DNA of 64,000 nt from Pseudomonadota bacterium (GTDB lineage Bacteria; Pseudomonadota; Alphaproteobacteria; Sphingomonadales; Sphingomonadaceae). The notes under the pieces were generated by a model, which had not been told where the DNA came from, searched no databases, and worked only from the letters and a program-made list of their open reading frames with translations. The translations under genes were made by a program, and so were the position numbers. Shown in pieces: positions 49,101 to 58,353 of this stretch. Where the stretch lies: assembly GCA_046733935.1 (NCBI GenBank), contig JBKPQH010000026.1, positions 2,905-66,904 on the forward strand, written 5' to 3'. The stretch's first letter is position 1; each line of letters opens with the position of its first letter.

Positions 49101-49565
49101 AATGTGTCGGACGCCACTCGAGAGAAGCTGATGGCGCGTGCCTACTGTCTCGTGTTTCCCTCACGCTATGAATCCTTCGGATTGGTTCCTCTCGAAGCTT
49201 TTGTGCACGGTGTTCCGGTGATCGCAGCGCAAGCCGGAGCAATTCCCGAGGTAGTTGCGGACGGCACGTCCGGCCTGCTCTTCCCCGCGCAGGACGCGAG
49301 CAGTCTGGCGCAAAAGGTCGATGCACTCATCTTGGACACCGCACTCCAAGAGCGATTGTCCTGCGGAGCTCGGCGCGCAATACACGAGTTCAGTGGCCGC
49401 GCGTCTGCGATACGTGCCATCGATCTCTACGCGTCACTGCTTGGCGACAAAGCCACTGCCGATAGGGCGCTCGAAAGTTCCGATCGCCGATTTTCCGAGA
49501 AACGAGATGACAAACGGGCCGTGGAGCCCAACGTCGTCGCTTGTGCCGCAGACAGCGCGCCATAA
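46191..49565 (+). CDS. three-module glycosyltransferase (GT4 - GT2 - GT4), 1124 aa
   Basis: aa 1-330 GT4 (SRHEGFGVPLVEA). aa 360-600 GT2 (VSVVVCTYNR...VVVVDGPSTDGT...YIDDDAIP). aa 685-1080 GT4 (GGIGTLYYHL...PSRYESFGLVPLEAFVHGVPVIA). Confidence 0.85.
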   Translation: MNFPTDFRGRIVQVVEALDVGDAVSGQVIALDEMLREMGLNSQVLVKWMHHDVRGKCDVLDDVRLTDEDVVIYHSAGFSDHSLPYVLDTHCTRILLYHNITPHEFFEESSDLHVFCKNGREQLKSVIGAFQYFWADSQYNLDELIELGAPKERCHVIPIMVASPEQTGHSDKVPGSWLFLGRIAANKGQMDLAQEFLKARREDPKSASKLFLVGGYNDQEPYYCALKQLVERKGKGNIVLTGKVGDAQKEHFLHQSAVFVSFSRHEGFGVPLVEAPLRGTPVIALSGTAVDETMGGSSGVAGSAADARRLAMRAARDEAFREKLLIEQQSNAARFERSAVRSKLWNALEDVLPARDRYRKVSVVVCTYNRRADLERCLDYLAYQSSPSFEVVVVDGPSTDGTKELLAEWEGRVKIVHNPERNLSVSRNLGADAAAGDIVAYIDDDAIPFADWVDTLLREFNQRPATTAALGGPAYLAGSLKFQVEDIAFNKFAEAWANVDSDKIGKDGWVRSLLGTNTAFSRSYLQEVGGFDEQYDYFLDESDLTFRLQSHGALVAYCPDLYLRHEFARSDNRKGKYTFNWYSISKNTTYFIALYSGLGGEELLQYVKEKLAKERVAPLDAALAAGNINKKLHSQLVAEIWRGMKQGLKDSERGVMTRQISPPPTNFLPFESSASFRRVGVDIRRLHICILSKEFPPFGAAGGIGTLYYHLASELLLLGHEVTVVLPSDATSRFDQGRFHIRYVQRGPVEFREEPPATAANLSWSLRAAAAVAEIHGERAVDIVDSALWDTEALALALIEQPRPPVVARLVTPFAVAAETNGWILQPEIAAQYVAAEKALIEHADAVVGISDSIIKTVATQYCMEPDRRWYVSHCGIAYWPFFNWHDDYDELTGEEKIGRFVARYPKTVLFVGRLERRKGIDTLIAAAADFLGKHKNVGLIVCGQDIEDWQTKAAKMVPAGVRSQILFTGNVSDATREKLMARAYCLVFPSRYESFGLVPLEAFVHGVPVIAAQAGAIPEVVADGTSGLLFPAQDASSLAQKVDALILDTALQERLSCGARRAIHEFSGRASAIRAIDLYASLLGDKATADRALESSDRRFSEKRDDKRAVEPNVVACAADSAP

Positions 49566-49694
49566 AGGGGCGTGCACGGCGGACTATTCCATGCGGTTCA
49601 AGGTCCGAGCTGCCTTTCCGTCCTGTTTGTCATCGGCTAGGCGGCTAACCCGCTCGGTGATCGTGACCAGATCCGCCTGCGCCTTGCCGAATAG

Positions 49695-50747
<1,053 letters not shown>

Positions 50748-50781
50748 TCCTAGGCAACCGCGAATAAAAGACAGATACTCC

Positions 50782-51681
50782 ATGCCACGTACACTCATCA
50801 CCGGAATCGGCGGGTTCACCGGTCGGTATCTCGCGCCGGTCCTGGCAGGTTTGGGGCACGAAGTGCATGGAATCGTGCATGTCTCCGATGGACACCCTGT
50901 TGACGGCGCGCACAGGCTTTACCAAGCGGACCTAGCGGATCTTGCAAGCGTGGAGCGTATCGTCTCGGAGGTTCGCCCCGATCATGTAGCTCATCTCGCT
51001 GGCATTGCGTTCGTAGCGCACTCAGACGTCGACCAAATGTATCGTGCGAATGTCGTGGGCACCCGGCAGCTGCTCGAGGCGGTCGCCAGTTTGACCATAG
51101 TGCCCAAGTCGGTGCTGATCGCCAGCAGCGCCAACGTCTATGGAAACGCGCACGAGGGGCTACTCGCTGAGAGCAGCATGTTGGCTCCGGTTAATGATTA
51201 CGGGGTGAGCAAGGTTGCCACTGAGTACGTCGCTTCGATTTACAAAGGGCGTTTGCCCCTCATAGTTGTACGACCGTTCAATTACACCGGCAGGGGGCAA
51301 GGTTCGCAGTTCATCATTCCAAAGATCGTTGAACATGCGCGGACCCGGGCGCCGGTTATCGAATTGGGCAATCTCGACGTCGCGCGCGATTTCTCCGATG
51401 TGCGAACTGTGGTGGACGTTTACGCACGGCTGCTTGCGGAGCCGAAAGCGGTCGGGGGAACGTTCAACGTATCTTCAGGCCGCGCGGTCGCTCTAAGAGA
51501 CGTAATAGAAATCGTTCAAAGCATCTCGGGTCATAGTTTTGGGGTTCACGTGAATCCGGCGTTCGTACGAGCCAATGAAGTGCGAACGCTGTGCGGATCG
51601 GCAGCCAAGCTCCAGCAGGTTATTGGCCCACTGCCCGCAATTCCGCTCCAGGAAACATTGCGCTGGATGCTCGAAGGCTAG
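50782..51681 (+). CDS. rmd: GDP-4-keto-6-deoxy-D-mannose reductase (GDP-D-rhamnose synthase; a talose-forming homologue is not excluded)
   Basis: 299 aa. ITGIGGFTGRYL, YGVSKVATE (YxxxK), VVRPFNYTGRGQ, LDVARDFSDVR. Matches remembered P. aeruginosa Rmd. Confidence 0.75.
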   Translation: MPRTLITGIGGFTGRYLAPVLAGLGHEVHGIVHVSDGHPVDGAHRLYQADLADLASVERIVSEVRPDHVAHLAGIAFVAHSDVDQMYRANVVGTRQLLEAVASLTIVPKSVLIASSANVYGNAHEGLLAESSMLAPVNDYGVSKVATEYVASIYKGRLPLIVVRPFNYTGRGQGSQFIIPKIVEHARTRAPVIELGNLDVARDFSDVRTVVDVYARLLAEPKAVGGTFNVSSGRAVALRDVIEIVQSISGHSFGVHVNPAFVRANEVRTLCGSAAKLQQVIGPLPAIPLQETLRWMLEG

Positions 51682-51685
51682 CTAA

Positions 51686-52813
51686 ATGCGTGTGACGCTC
51701 TGTGTCGATGCGTTGGAGCCTCAACTCGGTGGCATCGGCCGATACACGTGGGAGCTGTGCAAGCGACTTCCGCAAAGCAGCCAGATATCGACAGTGCAGT
51801 TCATCCGCGCCGGCTCGCTGGTCGAAGACCCTGCTCTTCTGCGCCGCGACGAGAAGTATCGCCCGAGCTTCTTCCGGCGCCATCCGAGGTGGCTGAGGAG
51901 GTGGCGGGCCCGGACAGCCCTCCAATCGGGGCTCGTCCATGGACCGAATTATTTCCTGCCCCGTGAAGCTGAGACGGGAATTATCACAGTCCACGACCTT
52001 TCGGTTTTCCGGTACCCCGACATGCATCCAGCCGAACGCGTCAGAGCTTTTGATCGGCTGTTTGCATCGTCCCTTGGTCGAGCCGCTCACGTCGTCACCG
52101 ACACGGAAACGGTCAGAGGCGAGCTAATTGATGCATTCTCGCTCGCGCCCGGGTTTGTATCGGCCGTGCCCCTCGGGGTTGATGCCCGTTTCGCGCCGAA
52201 GAACCGCACTGAGGTTGCCAGTACGATCGAGCAGTGGCGTCTCGAGCCGGGCTGCTATGGTCTCAGCGTTGCTGCCTTCGAGCCGAGAAAGAAGATTGCG
52301 GAGCTGCTTGCCGCATGGCGACGGCTGCCGAATGACATTCGTGCCCGACATCCATTGGTGCTCGCGGGTGGGGCGGGCTGGCAGAATCAGCCACTCCACC
52401 AGCAGATTTCAAGCGCCGTGTCGGAAGGCTGGCTCAAATACATCGGCTTCGTGGACGACGCGCACTTGCCCGCGCTTTATGCGGGAGCACGGCTGTTCAT
52501 CTACCCATCTGTGTACGAGGGCTTTGGCCTTCCACCCGTCGAAGCGATGGCCAGCGGAACGCCGGTGGTGGTAGCAAATCGCTCGTGCTTGCCTGAAGTC
52601 TGCGGCGAAGCGGCGCAGTTTGTTGACCCTGACGATTCCGACAGCTTCACGTCCACAATCGAGCTATGCCTTGTAGACCAGGAATGGCAGTCGAGCGCCA
52701 TTGCCCGCGGCCTAGAGCGCGCGGCGCGGTATACTTGGGAGCTTTGTGCCGCGCAGACGGTCGAGGTCTATTCGAAGGTATATGGCGAGATTTGCGGCTC
52801 TCCGGCGGGTTGA
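51686..52813 (+). CDS. glycosyltransferase family 4
   Basis: 375 aa. GGIGRYTWEL and PSVYEGFGLPPVEAMASGTPVV. Confidence 0.85.
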   Translation: MRVTLCVDALEPQLGGIGRYTWELCKRLPQSSQISTVQFIRAGSLVEDPALLRRDEKYRPSFFRRHPRWLRRWRARTALQSGLVHGPNYFLPREAETGIITVHDLSVFRYPDMHPAERVRAFDRLFASSLGRAAHVVTDTETVRGELIDAFSLAPGFVSAVPLGVDARFAPKNRTEVASTIEQWRLEPGCYGLSVAAFEPRKKIAELLAAWRRLPNDIRARHPLVLAGGAGWQNQPLHQQISSAVSEGWLKYIGFVDDAHLPALYAGARLFIYPSVYEGFGLPPVEAMASGTPVVVANRSCLPEVCGEAAQFVDPDDSDSFTSTIELCLVDQEWQSSAIARGLERAARYTWELCAAQTVEVYSKVYGEICGSPAG

Positions 52814-54566
52814 CTGGCCAGGCGCGAAGATACAGATCGTGAGCGCTCGATTGGGGGTACTCGTGGACGGTTGCTCCGTCTCTAAATCATTGGCAGAGAA
52901 CCAGAAACCCGGATACTCGGAAAATTCAGCGGGCGGCGGCGCGGATGTAGTGGAATTGATCGACACGGCTCAGTTCCTGGCGATCCCGCCGTTCCCTCGC
53001 GCACGTGTTCAATCGTTCGCCATCGTGGACTCGTGTGAGCGAACAGACAGTGAACTGGTCGATCTCGTTCGTCGGCACAGGGTCGGCGGGACCTATTGGG
53101 CGACGCAGCCCCGCTTGCCCGTCCAGTATGTCGTCGTCCGTACAGCCGCAGCCATTTCGGCGTTGAGGAATGCAAGCGAGCCGCTCGTGCTCTGGACAGG
53201 TGGGGAAGCACCGCCCGACAACGCCGCCTCTGTCGTTGCGACCGGCGCCTGCGATCCGTGGCACATGCTCAGTGGGGCGACGATGCTCGTCGCTTCTCAG
53301 GAAGACGAGGTATCGCTCATCGCTTCGGTTCTCGGGGTGCCTGTGAAGCTCTTCGACGCCGAGACCGGGAGCCTACATCCGCTGGCGCCGGACACCGCGA
53401 CGGAATTCTTTAAAGCGCTGTCCAAGAATTTATACCGGAATCCCTTCACCAACGAGCCCATGAGTGCGCGTGAAGCCGTGGAGCTTTGCGGCTTCTGGCG
53501 TCGCATGATCGACAGCAATCGCGACCTCGCCGGCGGTCTGGGCTTTGCTTTCTGGAAGCAGGATCAAATCTCGCTTCTTTTGTGGGGCGGCTCGGAGCCT
53601 TTGCGGTTCCTGCGCAATTCTCACCAGGCACGGGCGGACGGGCCTGTGGCCGTGTGGCGCGCGAAAGCTTCCGTTGAAGCGCTCTCCGCACTTCAGCGAG
53701 CCGAGGTGCCGCTAATCGAGGTCGAAGACGGATTCCTGCGGTCGCAGGGCCTTGGGGCGGACTGCGTGCCGCCGCTGTCCATCACCGTGGACCGGCTTGG
53801 TGCCTACTTCGACCCGGCACGACCGAGTGAGCTCGAGCAGCTTCTTCAAGCAGGCGAGTTCGACGCTGCACTGCTTCGTCGGGCCAGGCGGCTGGCGAAG
53901 CTGATTGTGCACGCGGGCCTCGGCAAATATGAGCGCGCCGATGCCCCGGCCATGGCGCGCCCGGCCGGTGAGCGGCGGCATATCCTCGTGCCCGGTCAGG
54001 TCGAGGACGATCGCGCCGTGCAAACCGGTGGCTGCGGGCTGGTCTCCAATCTTGAGCTGCTCAAGCGCGTCAGGGCCGAAGCGCCAGGAGCTTACATCCT
54101 CTACAAGCCGCATCCCGACATACTGGCCGGTCATCGCCGCGGTGCGATCACTGAACGGGATTGCCTTCGTTACGCGGACGCAATCGTCACGGACGCGCCC
54201 ATTTCATCGCTGATCGCAATGGTGGACGAAGTGCATGTGAACACCTCGCTCGCCGGGTTCGAAGCACTGATGCGCAGAAAGCAGGTCACGACCTACGGCG
54301 TTCCCTTCTACGCCGGGTGGGGCCTTACACGCGATCTCGGGCCGGTGCCCCCACGCCGAACAGCGCGCCGCTCCCTCGACGAGCTCGTCGCCGCGACCTT
54401 GTTGGTTTACCCGCGCTACCTCGATCCCGTAACCGGCCTCCCGTGTCCGGCCGAAGTCGTCGTGGACCACCTCAGCAGTGGCCCAAGCCGTCATTCAGGT
54501 CTGATCGTGATAATGCGCCGCCTTCAGGGAAAGCTCATGCGGGCCTTCGGGAGCGTGGTCCAGTGA
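52782..54566 (+). CDS. kpsC: KpsC-type beta-Kdo transferase (capsule lipid-linker extension)
   Basis: EVEDGFLRSQGLG, VPGQVEDD, YKPHPD, NTSLAGFEALM..VTTYGVPFYAGWGLT. Start uncertain: ATG 52782, GTG 52839 or GTG 52950. Confidence 0.8.
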   Translation: MARFAALRRVDWPGAKIQIVSARLGVLVDGCSVSKSLAENQKPGYSENSAGGGADVVELIDTAQFLAIPPFPRARVQSFAIVDSCERTDSELVDLVRRHRVGGTYWATQPRLPVQYVVVRTAAAISALRNASEPLVLWTGGEAPPDNAASVVATGACDPWHMLSGATMLVASQEDEVSLIASVLGVPVKLFDAETGSLHPLAPDTATEFFKALSKNLYRNPFTNEPMSAREAVELCGFWRRMIDSNRDLAGGLGFAFWKQDQISLLLWGGSEPLRFLRNSHQARADGPVAVWRAKASVEALSALQRAEVPLIEVEDGFLRSQGLGADCVPPLSITVDRLGAYFDPARPSELEQLLQAGEFDAALLRRARRLAKLIVHAGLGKYERADAPAMARPAGERRHILVPGQVEDDRAVQTGGCGLVSNLELLKRVRAEAPGAYILYKPHPDILAGHRRGAITERDCLRYADAIVTDAPISSLIAMVDEVHVNTSLAGFEALMRRKQVTTYGVPFYAGWGLTRDLGPVPPRRTARRSLDELVAATLLVYPRYLDPVTGLPCPAEVVVDHLSSGPSRHSGLIVIMRRLQGKLMRAFGSVVQ

Positions 54567-55894
54567 ACAAGCCGGTGCCCAATCTTGCGCCATCGTTGCA
54601 GGCGACCGACGGGGGAGAACGTGGACGGCGGTCTCGCAAGCCGGCTGTTGCACAGCGGGAGCACCGCTCATTCCTCTTCCTGCAGGGTCCTCCGGGCCCG
54701 CTCTTTCGCGAACTGGGCATGGTCATGGTCCAGCTCGGCTTCCGAATTTACCGGATCAATCTCAGCGGCGGCGACCTGCATGACTGGCCGGATGCGACTG
54801 TCAATTTCCGCGGCCGCTTCTCGGACTGGCCGGTCTTCGTCGACAAGTTCCTTCGCGAGCACGGGATCACCGATCTTGTGCTGTTCGGCGACTGCCGTCC
54901 TTATCACGTCTCCGCACACGGCGTGGCGGGCGTTCGCGGGATCCGCACTCACGTGCTCGAGGAAGGATATCTGCGCCCGCACTGGATGACGCTCGAACCG
55001 GAGGGCGTGAACGCACGCTCCACTCTCAGTCGCGACAAGGACTGGTTTCACAAGGAAGCGCAGCGCCTCGGACCTGAACCGATGCTGCCGCCTGTCACCG
55101 CCAGTTTCAGGCGGCGGGCTCGAGATTCATACTGGCATTATCACCACGTCGTGGCCGGTCGTCTGCAATTTCCCCACTATCGGTCGCACCGGTCAGGCTC
55201 GATCATTTTCGAAGGCTTCGGCTGGGTGTGGAAGTTCCTGCGCCAGAAGCGGGAACGGAGCCGCACGGCGAAGGTGCTCGGGGAGTTGAGAGGCAAGTCC
55301 CTCTTCGTGCTGCCGCTTCAGCTATCTGGCGATTTCCAGATCCGTGCCCACTCGGCCTTCCCCGACATGCAGAGCGCCGCGCGTTACGCGATCGAGAGCT
55401 TTGCGGCGCACGCTCCTTCGGACATGCATCTGCTGCTGAAGGCGCATCCGTTGGATTGCAGCTTTTTCGATTGGGCGGGCTTCGTGCGCCGCCATGCACG
55501 TCGACTGAGCCTCGACAGCCGGCTTCATTATGTCGATGGCGGCGACCTCAATAAGATAGTCCACCGCGCCCAAGGGCTCGTGTGCGTGAACAGCACGTCA
55601 GCGACGCTCGCTCTGGCGAAAGACACTCCGGTCTGCACCATCGGGGAGGCGATCTACGACATGCCGGGCCTGACGCACCAAGGCCACCTCGACACGTTCT
55701 GGTGCGATCCGACGGGACCCGAGCCCGGCCTTTATCGCGCCTTTCGCCGCGTTCTTGTGGACCGTTGCATGGTTCGCGGCGGGCTCGCGAGCGAGTCTGC
55801 AGTCGCGACTCTGATCGAGTCCATCACCGACAGGCTATGTCGCCAATCTTCGGTTCAAAGCGAAGAGAGCCAGGAATCGACGCTGGCGAAGTGA
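54563..55894 (+). CDS. kpsS: KpsS-type beta-Kdo transferase (capsule lipid-linker initiation)
   Basis: GTG 54563 overlaps the kpsC stop (GTGA). FLFLQGPPGPLF...LEEGYLRP...LPLQLSGDFQIRAHS. Confidence 0.8.
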   Translation: MNKPVPNLAPSLQATDGGERGRRSRKPAVAQREHRSFLFLQGPPGPLFRELGMVMVQLGFRIYRINLSGGDLHDWPDATVNFRGRFSDWPVFVDKFLREHGITDLVLFGDCRPYHVSAHGVAGVRGIRTHVLEEGYLRPHWMTLEPEGVNARSTLSRDKDWFHKEAQRLGPEPMLPPVTASFRRRARDSYWHYHHVVAGRLQFPHYRSHRSGSIIFEGFGWVWKFLRQKRERSRTAKVLGELRGKSLFVLPLQLSGDFQIRAHSAFPDMQSAARYAIESFAAHAPSDMHLLLKAHPLDCSFFDWAGFVRRHARRLSLDSRLHYVDGGDLNKIVHRAQGLVCVNSTSATLALAKDTPVCTIGEAIYDMPGLTHQGHLDTFWCDPTGPEPGLYRAFRRVLVDRCMVRGGLASESAVATLIESITDRLCRQSSVQSEESQESTLAK

Positions 55895-57012
55895 TTTGCC
55901 CACGTCGGCGCCTGGTATCCTTTCAAGCGCGTTAGCTGAGCGTCTCGGGCGGGACTGTTCTCTTGGGCGTAGGAGTTGATGGCGCGCTCCCACGCCGGTC
56001 CGTCCAATGGGTCCAGATAATCCGGGACATCGCCGGCAATCTCGCGGAACACCGGCAGATCGCTTGCAATGACCGGCGCACCGGCGCGCAGAGCTTCGAC
56101 TACAGGCAGGCCGTAGCCTTCGACCAGGCTTGGAAAGAGGAGCGCGCGTGTTGTTGCGAGATGAGCAGCTAGAGTCTGGTCGTCACATCGGCTCATCTCC
56201 GTCACTGCACCTTGCAGAATCGCACTGCGCTCGAGCAAGTCGACGGCCTGCTCGGACTCCCAGCCCCTTTGGCCGATCACCAGCAGTTGCGGCGCGCGTT
56301 CGCCCAGCCGCGCCACGATTCGCGACCACACGTGCAACAACATCAGGTGGTTCTTGCGCGCCTCAATCGTGCCGAGGACGACGAAGGTCGAGCGAGGCGG
56401 CGGGGCAGGTGGGCCCGTCGGTTGGGCTGCCGCATCGCTGCCGAGCAGCGCGGCGACCATGGCTGGGCAGGGCAGGCCCCCCTTTCGAGCAAAGCACCTG
56501 AGATCGTCAAGCGTCGTGTGGCTGTTGCCGATCACGCCTGCGGCGCTGCTCAAGACGGTCCGCATGCGGTCCTCGTGCTTGGGCTTCTCGCCCGCACGGC
56601 AGAACTCGGGGTGCGTGATGGGGATCAGGTCATGAACGAAATACACCGGACGCACGCCGGCGTCGCTGACCCACCTCCGGAACCGAGGATCGTTTAGTCC
56701 GGTATGACCGATGTTCAGGTAAAGACGACCACGGCCATCGCAACTGTTTCTCGGTGCGTACCTCAGCCCGCCAAACACCAAAGACCTTCGAAATCCCGTC
56801 CCCGGCTGCAGCAGCATGTCGAAGAGGGCGCCGGAGGACTCCCTGTCGAGGATACGTTGGATTCGCGAGTGCTGCACAACAGCTTGTGACTCACTGGCAT
56901 ATCGATCGAGATAGGCCAGACAGACTCGGTCAATCCCCGTAGGGTATCGCCCCACCCACCGCCGCCACACGAGACGCGTGACATCGAGCAGGAGAGGGGC
57001 GTCGTTACTCAG
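55855..57012 (-). CDS. glycosyltransferase family 4
   Basis: Track ORF starts at GTG 56970. The conserved N-terminal LLLDVTRL lies upstream, suggesting CTG 57012 (see findings). C-terminal FPSLVEGYGLPVVEA. Confidence 0.75.
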   Translation of the reverse strand: MSNDAPLLLDVTRLVWRRWVGRYPTGIDRVCLAYLDRYASESQAVVQHSRIQRILDRESSGALFDMLLQPGTGFRRSLVFGGLRYAPRNSCDGRGRLYLNIGHTGLNDPRFRRWVSDAGVRPVYFVHDLIPITHPEFCRAGEKPKHEDRMRTVLSSAAGVIGNSHTTLDDLRCFARKGGLPCPAMVAALLGSDAAAQPTGPPAPPPRSTFVVLGTIEARKNHLMLLHVWSRIVARLGERAPQLLVIGQRGWESEQAVDLLERSAILQGAVTEMSRCDDQTLAAHLATTRALLFPSLVEGYGLPVVEALRAGAPVIASDLPVFREIAGDVPDYLDPLDGPAWERAINSYAQENSPARDAQLTRLKGYQAPTWANHFASVDSWLSSL

Positions 57013-57021
57013 GTGACCTCG

Positions 57022-58248
57022 TCAAGGGGCGATCGTGCGGACGGTAGCAACCGGCAGGATTGAGGAGCTCAGCAGGTTCAGGAAACGCTGAAAGTCGGCG
57101 ACGCGCGAATTCGAAACATAAATGATGTCACCGTCGCGCATGCGGAAGTGCTGGGCGGCGAAGAACGTACTCGGCTGTTTTAGATCCACTTGGTAGATGA
57201 TCGGAACTAGCCCTTCGGCGTTCGGCTGCAGGCCTTGCGCAATCGGCCCGAGCAATTGCGGATGTTCCCACCGGAAGAGGAACACTCCCCGCGGGTCCGC
57301 GCGCTGGTCCTGTAATCCTCCGATGCGGCCGAGCGCTTGCGCGAGCGTCAATCCGACACCTTCGAACCGGACCTCATCGTTTCTCCCGGTCGCCCCCATC
57401 ACGGTGAAGCTATAGGGCTGATAAAGTGCGGTCACGACGTCGTCACTTCGAAGGATGACGTTCTGTCGCGGATCTTGAACGAGGTCACGCGCTGCCATCC
57501 GTTGAACGACACCACCGCGAGTGATCTCGACGGTCATTCGGTCAAGCGGCTGGCTTGTGCCGCCAGCCTCGGCGATGGCGTCGAGGAGGCGCTCGCCGCG
57601 TGGTGTGAGTGGCACCCGCTGCGGGCTCTTCACGTCACCGAGGACAGTCACGTTGGCCGTTGCGTTGCGCGCGAGCCGCACCACCGCTTGCGGTAGATGG
57701 GCTTTGCCTTGCAAGCGGCGGACAATTTCTCGCTCGATCTCGCGTAAAGTGCGGCCCGCCGCAGGTACTTGCCCTGCGAAAGGGATCGTGATCGCGCCAG
57801 AGGGCCCCACGAGTATTCCTGGAAGCGTGTTTGGCCGGCTCGTCTGAACGGGCGATCCGATCCCAGTATCGAAGTTCGTGGCAGTACCGAACAAGGCCGC
57901 CGGCGCTGCCTCCCAGATCGTGACTTCGAGCGTGTCGCCGACACCAACCCGTGTCCCGATAGGGGTCGCATCGCCGATGCGCGTAGCGAAATCGCCCCGC
58001 AGCTCGGCGACGTTCACCTGCTGCGCGACTTGATCCGTGACCTCCACGAGGCGCAATCCTGCTGGTGCACTTATCGGAGCTCTCACTATCTCCTTGGTCG
58101 TGGGTCCGACCGCAGTACATGCAGGCAGAACGCAGAGTGCCGCTCCAAGCCACACACAAGACGCTCTAGCTGCAGTTCGCCGCTTCGATGTCGCTGTTCG
58201 CGCCACCGACGTGCGCGCTAAAGTACTGATCAAGGCCGATAATCCCAA
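57022..58248 (-). CDS. outer-membrane polysaccharide export protein (OPX, Wza-like)
   Basis: 408 aa. Possible lipobox VLPAC. Poly_export-type segment (GDTLEVTIWE) followed by SLBB-like repeats. Confidence 0.8.
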   Translation of the reverse strand: MGLSALISTLARTSVARTATSKRRTAARASCVWLGAALCVLPACTAVGPTTKEIVRAPISAPAGLRLVEVTDQVAQQVNVAELRGDFATRIGDATPIGTRVGVGDTLEVTIWEAAPAALFGTATNFDTGIGSPVQTSRPNTLPGILVGPSGAITIPFAGQVPAAGRTLREIEREIVRRLQGKAHLPQAVVRLARNATANVTVLGDVKSPQRVPLTPRGERLLDAIAEAGGTSQPLDRMTVEITRGGVVQRMAARDLVQDPRQNVILRSDDVVTALYQPYSFTVMGATGRNDEVRFEGVGLTLAQALGRIGGLQDQRADPRGVFLFRWEHPQLLGPIAQGLQPNAEGLVPIIYQVDLKQPSTFFAAQHFRMRDGDIIYVSNSRVADFQRFLNLLSSSILPVATVRTIAP

Positions 58249-58353
58249 GTGTAATACTGGTCGGCTAGAACTTAGCCGTGCGATTGCGGCGCAACAAGTG
58301 CTGTGAAGCTCTGTGGCGCTGCGTGATTTGGGCTAGGCCATCCGCGACCCGAC

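Noticed and set aside
54161-54562. N-terminal 134 codons of the 577-aa ORF containing kpsS
   Set aside because: Arg/Pro-rich and lying inside kpsC in another frame. KpsS-like sequence begins at GTG 54563, coupled to the kpsC stop.
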